Source: Octopus sinensis (taxonomy: Eukaryota). From it: a stretch of 64,000 nucleotides of DNA. The DNA is taken from assembly GCF_006345805.1 (NCBI RefSeq), contig NC_043004.1:46996001-47060000 (forward strand). The letters run 5' to 3'. How positions within the stretch are numbered: the stretch's first letter is position 1; the number at the start of each line of letters is the position of its first letter. Positions 38,521 through 52,560 of the stretch are shown one piece after another. The notes below the pieces were generated by a model. That model ran no database searches. It was not told the DNA's origin and was given only the letters and a program-made list of their open reading frames with translations. The position numbers and the translations under genes are program-made.

Positions 38521-38615
<95 letters not shown>

Positions 38616-39210
38616 GTATGTACGTATGTATATATGTATATATTAGGATGTATAATATAATGAAAAAAGAATTGTCCGTTTATTATCTTTTCTTAATAGG
38701 TTGTCGACATAAAATAGGGAAACAAATCCGCTGAGATTTGAAGTCATAGGCTGCACAGGAAAAATATAGACTCACAGATAAAGAATTAATCTACTCCTGA
38801 TGCTTTATTATCGGATGTGCAGCGTATGAAAATATATATGTATTTATTCAAACTCATGCTTGTAAATTCGTTGCAGTAAATTCTCAGAATTTGCGGAATT
38901 ATGAATATTTAACTTCCAATGAATCAATAAATTTTGTTCGTTTTAAATACATGTGCCTGTGTTTGTCTGAGTGTATGTACACGCTCGCACACGAAATCGT
39001 ACGCCTTCACACACACAACACACACACACATACACACACACACGCACGGAAAGTGATGCATATAAGCGCAGATATGGTTGTGTGATTAGAAGCTTGCCTT
39101 GCACGAACGTGACTTCGGGTTCGGTGCCATTGCGCCGTACCTCTGGCTGTTTTCTTCTATTATACCCACCATGCAACCAATATTTTGTCAGTGAAAGTGG
39201 TAGACTACAT

Positions 39211-39510
39211 GTGTTCCTTCACGAGCCATGCCTGGCTCATAAGGGCCGGTTTCCCGGTTTCCTTGGCATATAGGTTCCCCACCTGGACGAGACGCCGGTC
39301 CGTCGCAGGTGAGCTGCAAGATGCAGGAGGAAAGAGTGAGAGAAAGTTGTGGCGAAAGAGACAGTAGAAGTTCGCCATTTCCTTCTGCCGAAGCCGCGTG
39401 AAGCTTAGGTGTTTCGCTCATAAACACACACATCGGCCGGTCTGAGATTCGAACCCGCGATCCCTCGACCGCGAGTCCGCTGCTCTAACCACTAGGCCAT
39501 GTGCTTCCAC
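39211..39510 (-). mobile_element. tRNA-derived SINE family C (V/Meta-SINE-like core)
   Basis: A-box TGGCCTAGTGGTTAG, B-box GGTTCGAATC, body CCTGCGACGGACCGGCGTCTCGTCCAGG...GAAACCGG...ATGAGCC...GGCTCG. Core assignment is from recollection of consensus motifs. Confidence 0.75.
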
Positions 39511-39559
39511 TGATGACATGTGTGTGTGCAGCCTGTCGTAAATATATATGTGAGGGTTG

Positions 39560-40600
39560 GAATGTGACCAAATTAGTTATGTTTTTCAATATAGCACCTC
39601 TTGCGGTCCACTCTTTTCTTCTAGTGCTTGGATCCCATTAATGAAGAAACTTTCATCCTCTTGTTCAAAATCGCCAGCAACAGCTGATATGACATCATTA
39701 TCATTGCGATACTGGTTTATAGGTAAGGGTTTATTTATGTTGGGGAACTTATGGTAGTCTGATAGGCCCAAATCAAAGAAAACTAGGTTCGTGTGATTGA
39801 CCTGTTCAAAGCCACATGTGTGTACTGGAAGATTTTCGTGATGAAAAAATAAATTATTCGTCATTTTTGTAACTGTCTTAGTTAGTCGGCATAGTATTCT
39901 ATTAATGGTGTGCATCTTCTGAAGATAGTCAATAAATAAAATGTCTTTTTCATTCCACAACAGTGAATCCATCAACTTATCTGCAGATGAAACGACCTCG
40001 GCCTCGTTTGGAACAGGTGAGGACGGGTGTTTACAATGCATGGATAGTCGATTTGGTTCTGGTTCAAAGTGCTGAACCTATCACTCATCATAGCTTTGGA
40101 ACCATTCAAGGAAACAGGCTCGATCTGCTTCAAACAACGTCAAATTTTCCTCTGATCTGATCAGCCTGGTATGCATTTGAGCAGGTCTCACAAGACGCGA
40201 CAGCCCCGGAGGAGTAACCTTTGGCATTCCAAATGTGTTGATCACAGTATTTCCATGTCTCCCACAGTATATGATAACAACATTAGCTATTTGATGTATA
40301 GTGAATCGCCTCTCATGCATCAATACGTGATGAACACAATATTTTCATCAGTAGTGAAACTACACAACTTGGGTCATCCTCATCATTCTCTCTTCTCGTT
40401 CCCAATTCAGCTGCGCACTTTTGCTTTGTTGATAAAACTGGGGTGTCATCCTTTAATGTAGCAACCAATGAAAAGTGAATGTCCTGGGGGTCTAAACTGT
40501 TTTTCTGGTAACTAATTACGCCACGATTCCAAATATTGTCCACTTTCAAAAGAAAATGATACTCTTTAATTTTGAATTCTTTCAAGAGTCAGATATTTAT
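39560..40600 (-). mobile_element. Degraded mariner
   Basis: Fragments 40313-40585, 40081-40323 (RRFTIHQIAN) and 39586-40041 (ILFIDYLQK...FFHHEN...FEQEDESFFINGIQAL). Confidence 0.85.
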
Positions 40601-41199
40601 GCATGCGAGATTTCACTGTTCTAGGATCATTCCATTATAGTTAGCCTATGAACATTTCATCCTACTCTCGTATATATCTGTGTGAGTGCGCGCGTGTTTG
40701 TGCGTGTGTCTTTTTGTCTATACTTTTCCTATTCAAGCTTAGCAATTGCTGTTCATTTGTTTGCATCACTGTAACCTAGTAGTTCAGCAACAGATTTCCA
40801 TGTAATAGGGAGCAGACTAAAAATATATATACTAACGTCGATTTCTTCGACTAAAACCCTTCTAAGTGATACCCAGTATGGGCGATTGCCAACGACGAAG
40901 AGAAGTAAGTGTGAAAGGTGCACTTAAAGAAAAACACGTTGAGTTGTCAATGGTATCGAACTATACAACAGTAACGGATGAGAGTAGACTTAATGATATA
41001 TATGATAAATTCTTAATTCATCTGAAAGTAATAAGCAGATATAAAGAATTTTGCCATTACGAACGTTATCTCAAGCAAAGGCCATGCTTATTAAACTTAA
41101 TCATTTTTTCATTTGAATTCAGCTCTTAAAAGTGAAATGGATTTTCTCAGCCATTAACCTCCAATAGTAGCGATATTTGTGTATTTCCTATTCGCGCTT

Positions 41200-41860
41200 T
41201 GTCTGTAATTACATCGACCCACTTTTCAAATTTTACTCATTTGATCAACGCTGAAAGGACGTGTTCTGTGAAATTCTGTTTTCTGCTAGGGAAAACTCGG
41301 GCCAAAAAAATTGTTATGCTTCAAACATGCTTGCAAGGACGCAACCATGAGCACAAGTTTACAAGTTGTTTTCACACTATATGTAGGGCCAATTACCACT
41401 TGAGGAACAACCTCATTCAGAAGGACATTCGATCTCCCGAACGAATAAAAGCATCACGAAAATTCCTGAACTGATATTGGAGGACCGTCGCCCAAAAACT
41501 GACGATCTTGTTGATATGACTGATGTATCCTTGAGCTCCTGCCAACGAATTTTGAGTGATGAATTATGAAAAGTTTCAGCCAGACCAGTGCCTCACTTGC
41601 TCACCGAAGATCAAATGCAGTCACGACTGAATGCATGTCGTGAATTTATACAACAGTTGGAAGTTGATCCGAATCTTTTTTCGAATCTCATCGCTGGTTA
41701 GGAAAGCTGCCTCTACGGTTGCGACCCGGAAACGAAGCAGGAATCAAGTCAATGGAAGCGCTCAATGACACTACGCCCACATAAATGCGTCACGTGACGA
41801 TCAATGTGAAGACAATGCTGATTTGTTTCATCGATGCGAAAGGTATTGTCCACACATATG
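41200..41860 (+). mobile_element. Degraded mariner (5' two-thirds)
   Basis: VKFCFLLGKT N-terminus, VPHLLTEDQ, LIAG*ES...YGCDPETKQES, NVKTMLICFID. Confidence 0.8.
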
Positions 41861-43904
41861 ATTTCGGAACCGGTATACATGAATTTAAAGGCATGATACA
41901 CAACGTGAGTATTACCTCAATATAATTGCTGTTATATTGGTTTCTTCATACGAACACCAAAGATCAGAAGTTCAGTTTCAGTGAGACTGGGATTGTGACT
42001 ATAAAAATTTTATAATCAACACAACAATATTTTTCCCTTCGTCAAATCAAAATTTATATTTCCTTATAAGAAACATGAAAAATTGCTATTTCTAAGAAGG
42101 AAAATTTGATGACATTATTTTAATGGGTTACTGAAATTACCATGTACATTTAGTATGCCTCGTATTTTATATATTATACGATAAATGGAACCCTAATATA
42201 ATTTGCGACAGTACATTTTAAATTGTATGCGTAATACATACCATTTTATTGATTAGTTGTTTGACAGCACTGATGTAATGTTCATTTAACTCTGTTATAT
42301 AAATCAACGTTTACGAATAACCTAAAATACGATTCTGTACTACTGTGTGTTGCAACCTGTAACGTATTGATATTTTACACAACATAATTATAGTATATTA
42401 CGCATCAACGAAGTACTTCTTTACATCAAATATTCTAGATCATTTGCACATGCCTATAATCTATATATGTCTATCCGTGTATGGTAATCAAAATTTATAT
42501 CGAAATGATATAAATTTCTTGAAATACTTGACATTTCGTTCATACGTTCCGCATCTTATCTTTACCAAACTTAGATTGCGCGGGTCAGTGCGAATGAGAA
42601 AAACTTGTATAAGCCTTTTCAATTGCTTAACTATCCGATAATTGATCTTAATGTTGCGACATCTATTTGCAGCGGCATTTGCCTAATTGCGTTGACCTTA
42701 GTTAAATCTAATCATTTTGGAAGGCATGTTATGTAACTTAGCGCACGAATGGAGCAATTTGCCGCCAAAGATGGAAACCAATATATTCCAACAAATAAAT
42801 TACCCTAGGATTACACAGCTGCCGGGATGCCGTTAATGCTAAGATTTCCTATATAAGACTTGCATCAAATCGATCATCAGATCTGAAACTTAAAGTTTGG
42901 AGTTAAAGTGGATCACCTTAATCGCCACCTAAGTTTTTCATCCAAACAGGTTTCGATCTTCGCAGGATGAAAATTGATTTATCTTACATCAACATGCCAA
43001 TCTGAAATGTATAGGTGATACTTAATCCTATTTTCTGACCATATCAGACGATATTGAGTTTATATCTCAGCTTACCTTCTTAAAAACAAATGAATGAAAT
43101 TCTTGATCGGGTTACAGGATTTTCCTTCTTTTTATTTCAGTTGATATACCTTCCGGAATTCACACATATTCTCAAATAAAATCTTATCTCAAAATACTTG
43201 TTTAATGAGAGTTTTAGTCTAAACTTTTATAAATTTTCATCAAAACTAGCATATCTTTTATTTCTTCTCAAAAGTATAGAAGATAAGATGAAAAATCAAT
43301 GAATAATTTCTTACCTATACATACAATTATTTCATTGCTATGCATAAACGACAATGTTTGAAGATTATATACACCTCAAAAAAACACCATAGATCGATGT
43401 GTACTAAAACGTCTGTTGGAATAAAATTCATATTACGAATTATAATTGAACCAAAGAGGTAATCTCTTGCCTCCAATATCACATCCTACGTTTTCAAAGA
43501 AGGAAAGATTCAATGAATTAATTTTTTGTAGACGATATCTGTAAATCGCATGATTGTGATGGTTAGTGTGTTTTCTATTATATGCTCACAAGATGTGACT
43601 TAACCATGAGATGATCAAAAAATTATTAATTATTTACAAGATACACAAAATGTCAACATCTTCTCAATATCTACAACAGTCATTATTTTCTATAATTCAT
43701 AAATTTCTTGGTCAAATCTAGCACAATGCTTCTGAATTGATCAGATGTTGCGTAATGGAACGTATTTGCCAATGTTTCAAAGAAAAGCAATTTCGATTAA
43801 TAGATAAATGGTGCCTTAATACCACCGGATCCTGGGTTACAAAAGTTTACAACGGACAGTTCACAGCGTACAGTAATTGTGTTGTATTATCATTTAATAA
43901 TCAT

Positions 43905-44108
43905 TGGTTTGAATTATAGCACAGGGCCAGCAGTTTATTTTGTTTAAGGGCGAGGTAGAAAGTCGATTACATCGGGCCCAGTATTTGACTATACTTATTT
44001 TGTCGGCCGTGAAACGGTAAAAAAAAAGATAAGACATTGAGGTAAATACGGACGAGATATCGTTATAAAATTATTCTGACGTGCTAACAATTCTTCTAGC
44101 TCATCGCC
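43905..44108 (-). mobile_element. Degenerate SINE family A
   Basis: AAAGTCGATTACATCGGGCCCAGTATTTGACTATACTTATTTTGTCGGCC...GTGCTAACAATTCTTCTAGCTCATCGCC. Confidence 0.6.
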
Positions 44109-47100
44109 TTCACTTATGCTATAATTAACGCAGTAAACATAAGAAAAATTCAGATATTCTTATTTTACATATAATTGTAAACAATTAGCACCGTATTACA
44201 ATATAATTGCATGATATTTTTCTAAAACATTAAGCTAGTAAACTTCCCTTACGTTAATCTGTACTCATGTAAAAAATATATTCGTACTTTCGTCGTTGTC
44301 AGACTTTCCAATTTTGGTTAATTTGTATAATGTGTCAAAATATGGACAATAAGTATCTGAAAGTAAGGATGTAGTACTTACCTTTTTACAACAGTTATGT
44401 TTAAGAACACAGTTATACCAACGTATATCAAAGAGAACGGTAGAAATATACAGTGAAATTTTTACTAACCCCAGATTGTGTTAAAACATCTATCCAAATT
44501 AGCTTGCTAGGTATATGCTGTTGAAAACGCCTCTAATCTTTGGTCAGTTGCGTAACAAGTGTTTATATCCCCACAGTTTATCTACGTCGCCTTTCATACG
44601 CACGACCTGATTTTGGACACTTGGAGGGTTACTCTGCATGCATGAATAATATTATTAAATTGTTGTACCAAATTCAACAGTTACTCTATCACCGGATTTT
44701 GCAGATGCACAGAACTTGCTTCTTCTGGGTCAGAGATAAGTACTTATTATTGTGGGAAAATATCATAGCGCATTCGAGGTTTCAGTCTAACGTGGAATTT
44801 TGTTAGACAATCATAGCTGCAACTGTAAAACACGATGACATCCGTTATGCATAATTATTAATGTCTTTAAATGTGGCCAAATGTATTCTTCAAGATATAG
44901 CTAGGAATAAGTTTATGCAGGTAATTTGAGTTTTCCTCTTGTAAATTTTGTCAAGCTAGTTTTGTAGTTCAAATTTTCTTGACTTGATATGATAAATGAT
45001 AACGAATGTGCATTGACTTGTAAAAAAAGCTCTTTATGACCCTCAACGATATTATTATAAAATTTGAATTCTTTGAATATTTGTTGGGTATTTTCCTGTA
45101 TACAGTTTCCAATATTTACACGCTCGCTGCGCACACTCTGTATTATATTGACATTGTTTATTTTATGTTTTACTTTGTTTTATCCTCTCGACACAGAAAT
45201 CAGTGTCGTTTTGCGACAAAAATCTTTCTATGAATAATCGTTCACAACGTCCATACTCCCATAGTGACCACGCCAAACGGGAATTCCATATACAAGTGGG
45301 TGCTGAAATGTTCCTGGATTTTGATAACAGAAAATACATGCGGATGTGTTTATTAGGATTTTATTCAGCACATTCGCCTCTCAGATTCATAAACTTATTG
45401 CAGCAGTCTTTCTGTTATTCTAAGCCCTGTGCAAAAACTCGGATTTGGGCCCCCGAATATGCTACTATATATTATCAAAATAGCCATTTTCGTTTCAGAT
45501 AAACCTAGATATGTTAGAATTCAAAGGTACAAAGAATAAAGATTTCATTGAAATCTCCCTCATACTTGAAACTTAACGGCATCACTGATCTATCTGCCAA
45601 CAGAATCTGCACTTTGATAACATTTCCAATTAAAAATATTTAACTAATTAAATATGCCTTTTAAGCTTTTTCTGTCATAACTTATGCAAGGGAGTGATAT
45701 TTGTTAATTCACTGAAAACTCGCACCTGAAAGATTTTGTGCTACTTGCATTTTTAATACATCCTTTTAAAACATTGTTTTACTGATATTGAATCGAAAAC
45801 ATGACTTATTTTTGGCGTTAGAAAGACAAACGGCTACGTTTTTTAAAAATTCATCAAGGCACGACTATTAGTGCGTTGGAATATAAAGCACTGCCTTTCA
45901 AGGTATTTTAAACATACTTCCATCTAGGTAACTATTTAAACTATAAGCCCATTATTTTTATTTGTTCATTGAGACGTCTAAACTGAGCATATGTCTAAAA
46001 CTTTGTTGCCATGCATGCTATAGTATTATTTGAATTAAATATATGAATGGTCCTACTTTAAACTTTAACTTGCTCAAATACATTGTCCCAGCAATACCTC
46101 GATTACATATAGATTGTTGCCACCCGGTCCAAATTGTTTATGTTCAGGAACCGCTTCATGAACTTCTATAGTTTAATCATGGGAATTTAGGGGTATAAAT
46201 TGCATATATAAATTGAACAACTCTCTTGCGTATATTTAATTTATGACATGAGAATGCGGAATAAATTCACTGACTCAGAAATTACTGCGTTCGAACATTA
46301 ATGGATTAATACAATTACTATGGGGATGCCAATATAGGACGATACTTAGCAGAACAACTGAAAGTATAATACAAATTATATTCTAAAATCTATAAGATTG
46401 CATGAGGATATCAAAAGAAAAACTTACTGTTTGTCGTATGATGATTGCTCTTCAACTCCTTAATGGTCTCTAAGCTCTTTGCATCTTTCTGAGTTATAAA
46501 CTGGCCTAAATGATTTTTAGTCTTCGAGAGAACCGAAAATCTTCTCATTAAGACACGCTAATAGCCATCAAAATAAACAGTAATCCGAAGTCCAGGTGGG
46601 TACATGCGTGTGGCAGGACGTCCAAACCAAACTGTACCAATTTCTACCTGCGCTGTATGTAAGTATGAAATCCAACATTGTCCTGAAGAAAATCATCACT
46701 CTTTCGATTAGCCAGTTCTAGCTGTATTTCATCGGTTGCCCCCTAGAATCGGTATAATCGTCTGAATTCAACTTCTGATGCCACAGAATACAAAATAAAA
46801 CTTCAAATGCCAGTGAGTGCAGTGCATGATATTCTTCGAAATCAAATCGTCTTTTGGAATGATAACAGTTGCCGAATTTCGTTTTTTTACTAGAACAACT
46901 TTTTTCCATTTGCATTGCCTGTGGTTAATCTCTTCAAAATGGGACATTTTATTTGCGCCTGAACATCGAAGCGCAGATGGAGACTCGGATCGTTAAATTG
47001 TTTTCAATTAATTTATAAGGCATCCATGCATCATAAAAATTCAGGTTTCCAAGTATTATTAAATGCCTGGTAACTGTCATATGAAATACATGAATTATTG

Positions 47101-47516
47101 CTGTGGTAGCTTTTCGTTTGTATTTGGTCATCATCAACGAGATCTGGCCTGTCAGAAAGTTCAAGGATTTTGGATGCAATGTTTCATAAGAATTTGCAGC
47201 ACCATTTTCATAAACAATGTGTTTTTTTTTTTTTGTCAGTGAACGTCCTGCACCCATATATGCATGTATATATATACCGCATACCGGTTTCGTCTATTAA
47301 TAAACCAGTACGATCGTTCCAAAAGAAATATAATTTGTAAAACTAACCACCAGTTTTCTGTATAAAAACAGACACGTGCTTATTTCCACTGATTACATTG
47401 GGGTTAATTTCAAATGACTGAGTTCTGGCACGCTAAATTCGGGAAACAAAATCTGCAGCAAATAATTTACTGCAGTTAATGCTGCCTATTAGAGAACATA
47501 TTTATTTTAACATTTT

Positions 47517-47581
<65 letters not shown>

Positions 47582-47634
47582 TATATGTGTGTGTGTATGT
47601 GTGTGTGTGTGCGTGCGTGTGTGTGTATGTGTGC

Positions 47635-47830
47635 CTGTGTTCGTCCCCCAATATCGCTTGGCAACCGATGCTAGTGCGTTTACGTCCCCTTAACTTAGTG
47701 GTACGGCAAAAGATACCAATACAATAAGTACTAGGCTTACAAATAATAAGTCTAGCGGTCAATCTGCTCGACCAAAGGCGGTGGTCCTGCATGTCCGCAG
47801 TCAAATGACTGAAATAAATAAAAGAATAAA
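47635..47830 (+). mobile_element. SINE family B, 3' half
   Basis: CGCTTGGCAACCGATGCTAGTGCGTTTACGTCCCCTTAACTTAG...GGCGGTGGTCCTGCATGTCCGCAGTCAAATGACTGAAA after (AT)n(GT)n; a weaker relic lies at about 40,690-40,865. Confidence 0.65.
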
Positions 47831-47994
47831 AGCACATATATATATATATATATATGCGTGGGTATGTGTGTGTGTGTGTGTATGTGTGTGTGTGTGTGTG
47901 TGCGTGGCAACATGACCATCCGCAAATACAGCAATATATACGTGTGTGTGTGTCTGTGTGTGCTTGTATGTATGTGTATCTGTGTATCTGTGTG

Positions 47995-48122
47995 TTCCTT
48001 TCTGTGGAAGAACATAGGCTCGAAACGTTAAAAACTTGTTCACTTCCCGAGGTTTATACTAATACATCTGTTTGTTTCTATACAACCTGTCTTCGTATTT
48101 TGGGTTTTCTTTTGTGAATTCT

Positions 48123-48127
<5 letters not shown>
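47995..48127 (+). mobile_element. Isolated 3' terminus of an older Penelope-like family, ending CTCCC-(TA)n
   Basis: Collinear with 54,819-54,942, which follows a GIY-YIG relic. Confidence 0.65.
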
Positions 48128-48190
<63 letters not shown>

Positions 48191-48419
48191 ACATACATAC
48201 ATTGAGTCATCACATAAACAATACGGTTTTTTATAACTCTTTTATGTGTCAAATTTACGACTGACACAGTTTGTTTTTAATCTAAAATATACTTTCCTTC
48301 ATTTTCAATAGTGCTCTTCTATCGATCTAGTAGGCTTGCAAGGGCCCTATTCCAAAATTCACTTGTGTATCTACTGTTCTGTCCTCGCCTATATAATTCA
48401 TACTGATTCCGTCGAAATG

Positions 48420-48950
48420 ATTTTCAAGTGTGCAAAATAAAGGATAAGCACATGGCGCAATATCCGCTGAATATGGTGCATGGGGCATCGTTTCCTATTG
48501 AAACTGCTCCAGCCTTTGGAGTGTCATCCTCGCTGTATGTGATCGAACATTATTCTGATGGAAGAACACCTTTCGTGTTGAAATTAAACATGACTTCAGC
48601 CACAGCAAGCAGCTGGTAGTAGATCGTCTTTGTTATCGTTTAGTTTGAGTTTAAAAGTTCAAAATGGACTAAACGTTTCATATTCCACCTAACAGACAAC
48701 AACAGCTTACGTGGTAAAAGACCATCTTTAGCCTGGGGTGCCGGTGTTTCTCCGTTCTCTACCCACTGTCAAAAGTCGCTTTTCGATCCCCAAAAAGTTC
48801 ATTCGTGAGACGTGACAGCAAAGAAGAGTAACCCATTGATTCAATTTGCTGGCTTTTCTGATGACATGAAACGTGTTGATAACTGGATGAATGACCAAAT
48901 TCACACTTCCCTACAAGTTTCTCAACAGCTACGATCGGAAACAGTACACA
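48420..48950 (-). mobile_element. Degraded mariner fragment
   Basis: Minus strand: LLLSVRWNMKRLVHFELLNSN*TITKTIYYQL and MPHAPYSADIAP. Confidence 0.8.
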
Positions 48951-48982
48951 AATAATGCAAAAGCACGCGCATATTTCGTTCC

Positions 48983-49408
48983 ATTCAATTCAATTTTTAT
49001 TGGCTCAAAAAGCAAAAGCAAGGCCATGTAGGGGGACAGGGAGTCATGTATAGGGAGGGTGATCATACAAAGTGTTCAGGCCAATCCTGGTCAAGAGAGA
49101 CTTTGAACCGAGCGGTCGTCGCCATCTCCAATATCTCGCCCGGCAGCTTATTCCACGGATCCGCAACCCGGACGGAGAAAGCCCCTCTTCTTCGACTGAG
49201 ATGAAATCATCGTAGATAGAGCTTTTCGGAGTGACCCCGCAGCCCACGCTCTCGAGCAGGAGTGAAGAACAGCTCTTTCGAGAGGTTACACTTTCCGCTT
49301 TGATGTGAGCGAGAATGAGATCACCACGGCGTCGTCGTTTTTCAAGTGAATAAAGGTCGAGCGGCTTCAGCCTTTTCTCATAAGACAAATGCTTAAGACC
49401 AAAATGCG
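48983..49408 (-). mobile_element. CR1-type LINE 3' fragment with (ATTGA)n tail
   Basis: GLKHLSYEKRLKPLDLYSLEKRRRRGDLI; same family as 49,891-50,424 in the opposite orientation. Confidence 0.9.
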
Positions 49409-49727
49409 ATATATTTTCATTACAGTACATCACATTATATTTTAGTATTGGTTGCGTTTGCATTTGACTTCCGACTATAGTTAATTGGTTATCCCAAATA
49501 TAGATACGATGTACTTACTTCTGGAATGTGCACTCTTTGACAATTTACATTAAATACCTCTATATATCTCCTCATCTGTTGCTGGAATCATTTCAACAAT
49601 AATGACTATAATCAATATGTGTGGCACATCTACATCGCCTGAGTGTTAGTTGCTACAGGAACTAACTAGAGCAATGACTCATATGAAATGGTTCCGAAGA
49701 GATCATTGTATTGAGAGAAGAAAATTC

Positions 49728-50689
49728 GGATCTTTTCGGTTTGAACGGCAGTTTCTCTAGAGGTGTCATATGAAATTGTCACCTATAATTATGACTCTAG
49801 AATCGATCTGTTGCATTTCAATCTCTTTTAGGATTAGGGTTAGGGTTAGGGTTAGGGTTGGGCTAGGGTTAGAAGTGGGTGAAGGGTATCGAGACCCATA
49901 TTGGAGTATGGGATTCAAGCCTCTTCTCCTTATCTCCTCAAAGACATACAGCACCTCGAAAGAGTCCAGAGGCTGGCTACCCGCATGGTTCATGGTCTCA
50001 AAAATTTGTCCTACGAAGAAAGGCTGAGGACGCTCAACCTTTGTTCTCTTGAAAAACGCCGTCGCCGTGGTGATCTCATTCTCTCCCACAACATCATAAG
50101 CGGGAAGTGTAACCTCTCGAAAGAGCTGTTCTTCACTCCTGCTCCGGAGCGTCGGCTGCGGGGTCATTCCGAAAAGCTCTACCTGCGACGATTTCATCTC
50201 AATCGAAGGAGAGGAGCTTTCTCCGTCCGGGTTGCGGATCCGTGGAACAAGCTGCCAGACGAGATGGTGAAGATGCCGACGACCGCTTTGTTCAAAGCCT
50301 CCCTGGACCTCAAGTGGCCTGAACTCTTTACATGAACACCACCCTGTACTTAACTCCATGTCCCCCTACATGGCCTTGCTATTTGCTTTTGAGCCAAATT
50401 AACTAACTAACTAACTAACTAACTAAATGTAAATAAACCTAAACTGTTTCTTAAACGAGGGACATATTCATACGGCACAGAATGTTTTTTAACTCAATAG
50501 ACGTCACTAATTGGTTGAAATTGCAGAAATTGAAGAAAAAAACAAATATCTTACAAACTATAGAATTTTCTCAATAAAGCCAAGAGAAAAAGATGTTTTA
50601 TAAACACATTCTACCAGTATACGAAGTTAAAATTTTTTTTAATTACCTAGAAATTATGTTAAAAACTGTCGTTCAAACCGAAGAGATCC
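49728..50689. mobile_element. GG-TIR MITE interrupted by a LINE
   Basis: Both TIRs present; perfect 8-bp TSD GAAAATTC (49720-49727, 50690-50697); (TTAGGG)4 at 49,834-49,857. Confidence 0.92.
49891..50424 (+). mobile_element. 5'-truncated CR1-type LINE with (AACT)6 tail, nested in the MITE
   Basis: RPILEYGIQASSPYL...LERVQRLATRMV...SYEERLRTLNL.SLEKRRRRGDLI...FSVRVADPWNKLP; frame intact to the stop at 50,335. Confidence 0.93.
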
Positions 50690-51485
50690 GAAAATTCTAC
50701 TTGCAACATTTCCTTATATAAATTATCAATCGTATAGGTTTTCCCTTACTACCAGCACTCAAGACAAAAATGGCAACGTGCTAAATTATTAAAAAAAAAT
50801 ATTTGATGTTATCCATGTATTTAAACTAAAACTGATTTTATTGATTGCAAAGATGTGAAACGTAAAGTATACTACTGTTATTTGAACAACTATCCAAGGT
50901 TTGAAATCGAAATCAGGAAAATAAAAATTCCGTTATATCTCGTTCGCGAGAAATATCATTCCTTACGATGGGAAATGATCCTATGGTTAATGACTCTCTC
51001 GAAGGAATTATTTTTTATACATAGAGTCATATAAACGCATATATACAGATATACTTACATACACAAAGAGACAGACACGCGCACGCGCACTCACAAGCGC
51101 TGACAAACACACATACACACGCATATTATAAAAATCAGCAAACAGGAAAATACAATTTTATCCTGTCCCTTCCTTGTGTTGGAAATGTAGAGGAATTACA
51201 GCAATTTCCATAATACGTGTAATTTTCTTCTTTTCGTCTGGAACTACCAGGCAGAATTTTAATATTCCAAAATTACGTGCTACACATTTCTGTTTACTTT
51301 TCATTTTCATTTCGTTCTTGTCTTTTCTTTGTGTTTTTCTGGAATAGCTTGAGTAGAAATAATTTTGAAATAATTTTCGTCCACTGTAATGAAAGAAAAA
51401 TTTCGACACGATTTTTTCATAACAAATTATGTGTAGTGAGAAATGCATATATACACACAGATTTATGTCTATATATGTGTGTGTG

Positions 51486-51571
<86 letters not shown>

Positions 51572-51652
51572 CATACATACATACATACATACACACACAT
51601 ATATACATATATAATTATATATATATGTATATACATATATATATATATATAT

Positions 51653-51684
<32 letters not shown>

Positions 51685-52560
51685 CATACATAAGTGTGTG
51701 TTGGTATGTGTACATACCAATTATGGAAATATTCAGTAATACAAAAGTAGGACCCCTCCTACCTCACCAAACATTCAAAATTAATCACACGTTGGTATGT
51801 TAGCCCAATGTTAAATTGAGTATTATTTCTTATGCATTGTAGCATTGGGAAAGAAAACTTGAAATTATGGTTTAATTTGTAGTTTTATGACTTGTTATAT
51901 TCATTAATATTTCGTCCAGAAATGTTTATGTTTAATGCAGAAAGACACGAATTGCTTTGGTATATTTGGTTTTTATTTGTGTATTTTATTTATTTATCTA
52001 TTGATGTTAATTTTCGAGTAAAATATGGAGAAAAAATGTCCGCAACAGGTATTCATTAAAAAATAAAAGTTATTTGGAAATAACTCTCCGGGTGAGAAGC
52101 CAATGTTAATAACGTTCGTAAGTAAACTTTTGGTGTTATTACATGTCTAGAATACGTGACTACATACGCATAAGTTTATAATTGCGTATAGTTCAACGAT
52201 GAAAGACATGTTATATTGTTGCAGGGTAAATAATTCATACGTTTAGTAAGCACATGGCTATATATTTAACTCAGCATACTTTCGTAGTTTCACCATTCTT
52301 ACTAGAGCATTTTGTAGGAGATATTCTATACCTGTTAATTTCTAAAGTAATATTAGTATGATATACATACAATAATATAAACACTGCTTGTACACTGTTA
52401 GAGGTGATGTAGGATAGCATAGATAAATAATAGTGAAGTTGCAATAATATACCCTAAACAGATTAATTTTACCTGCCGGCGGTGCTTCACAGTATACATG
52501 CAGGGATCTGGGTTTAATTGTACGTATCGCCCCTTACTGTTGGCAAAGAAGGCTTGTCGA

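Noticed and set aside
39440-39505. tRNA-like sequence with A and B boxes
   Set aside because: No properly paired acceptor stem, and it continues into a SINE body; treated as a SINE head.
46780-46900. LQMPVSAVHDILRN as a Tc1-type HTH relic
   Set aside because: Too short, and no catalytic motif or TIR nearby to support a call.
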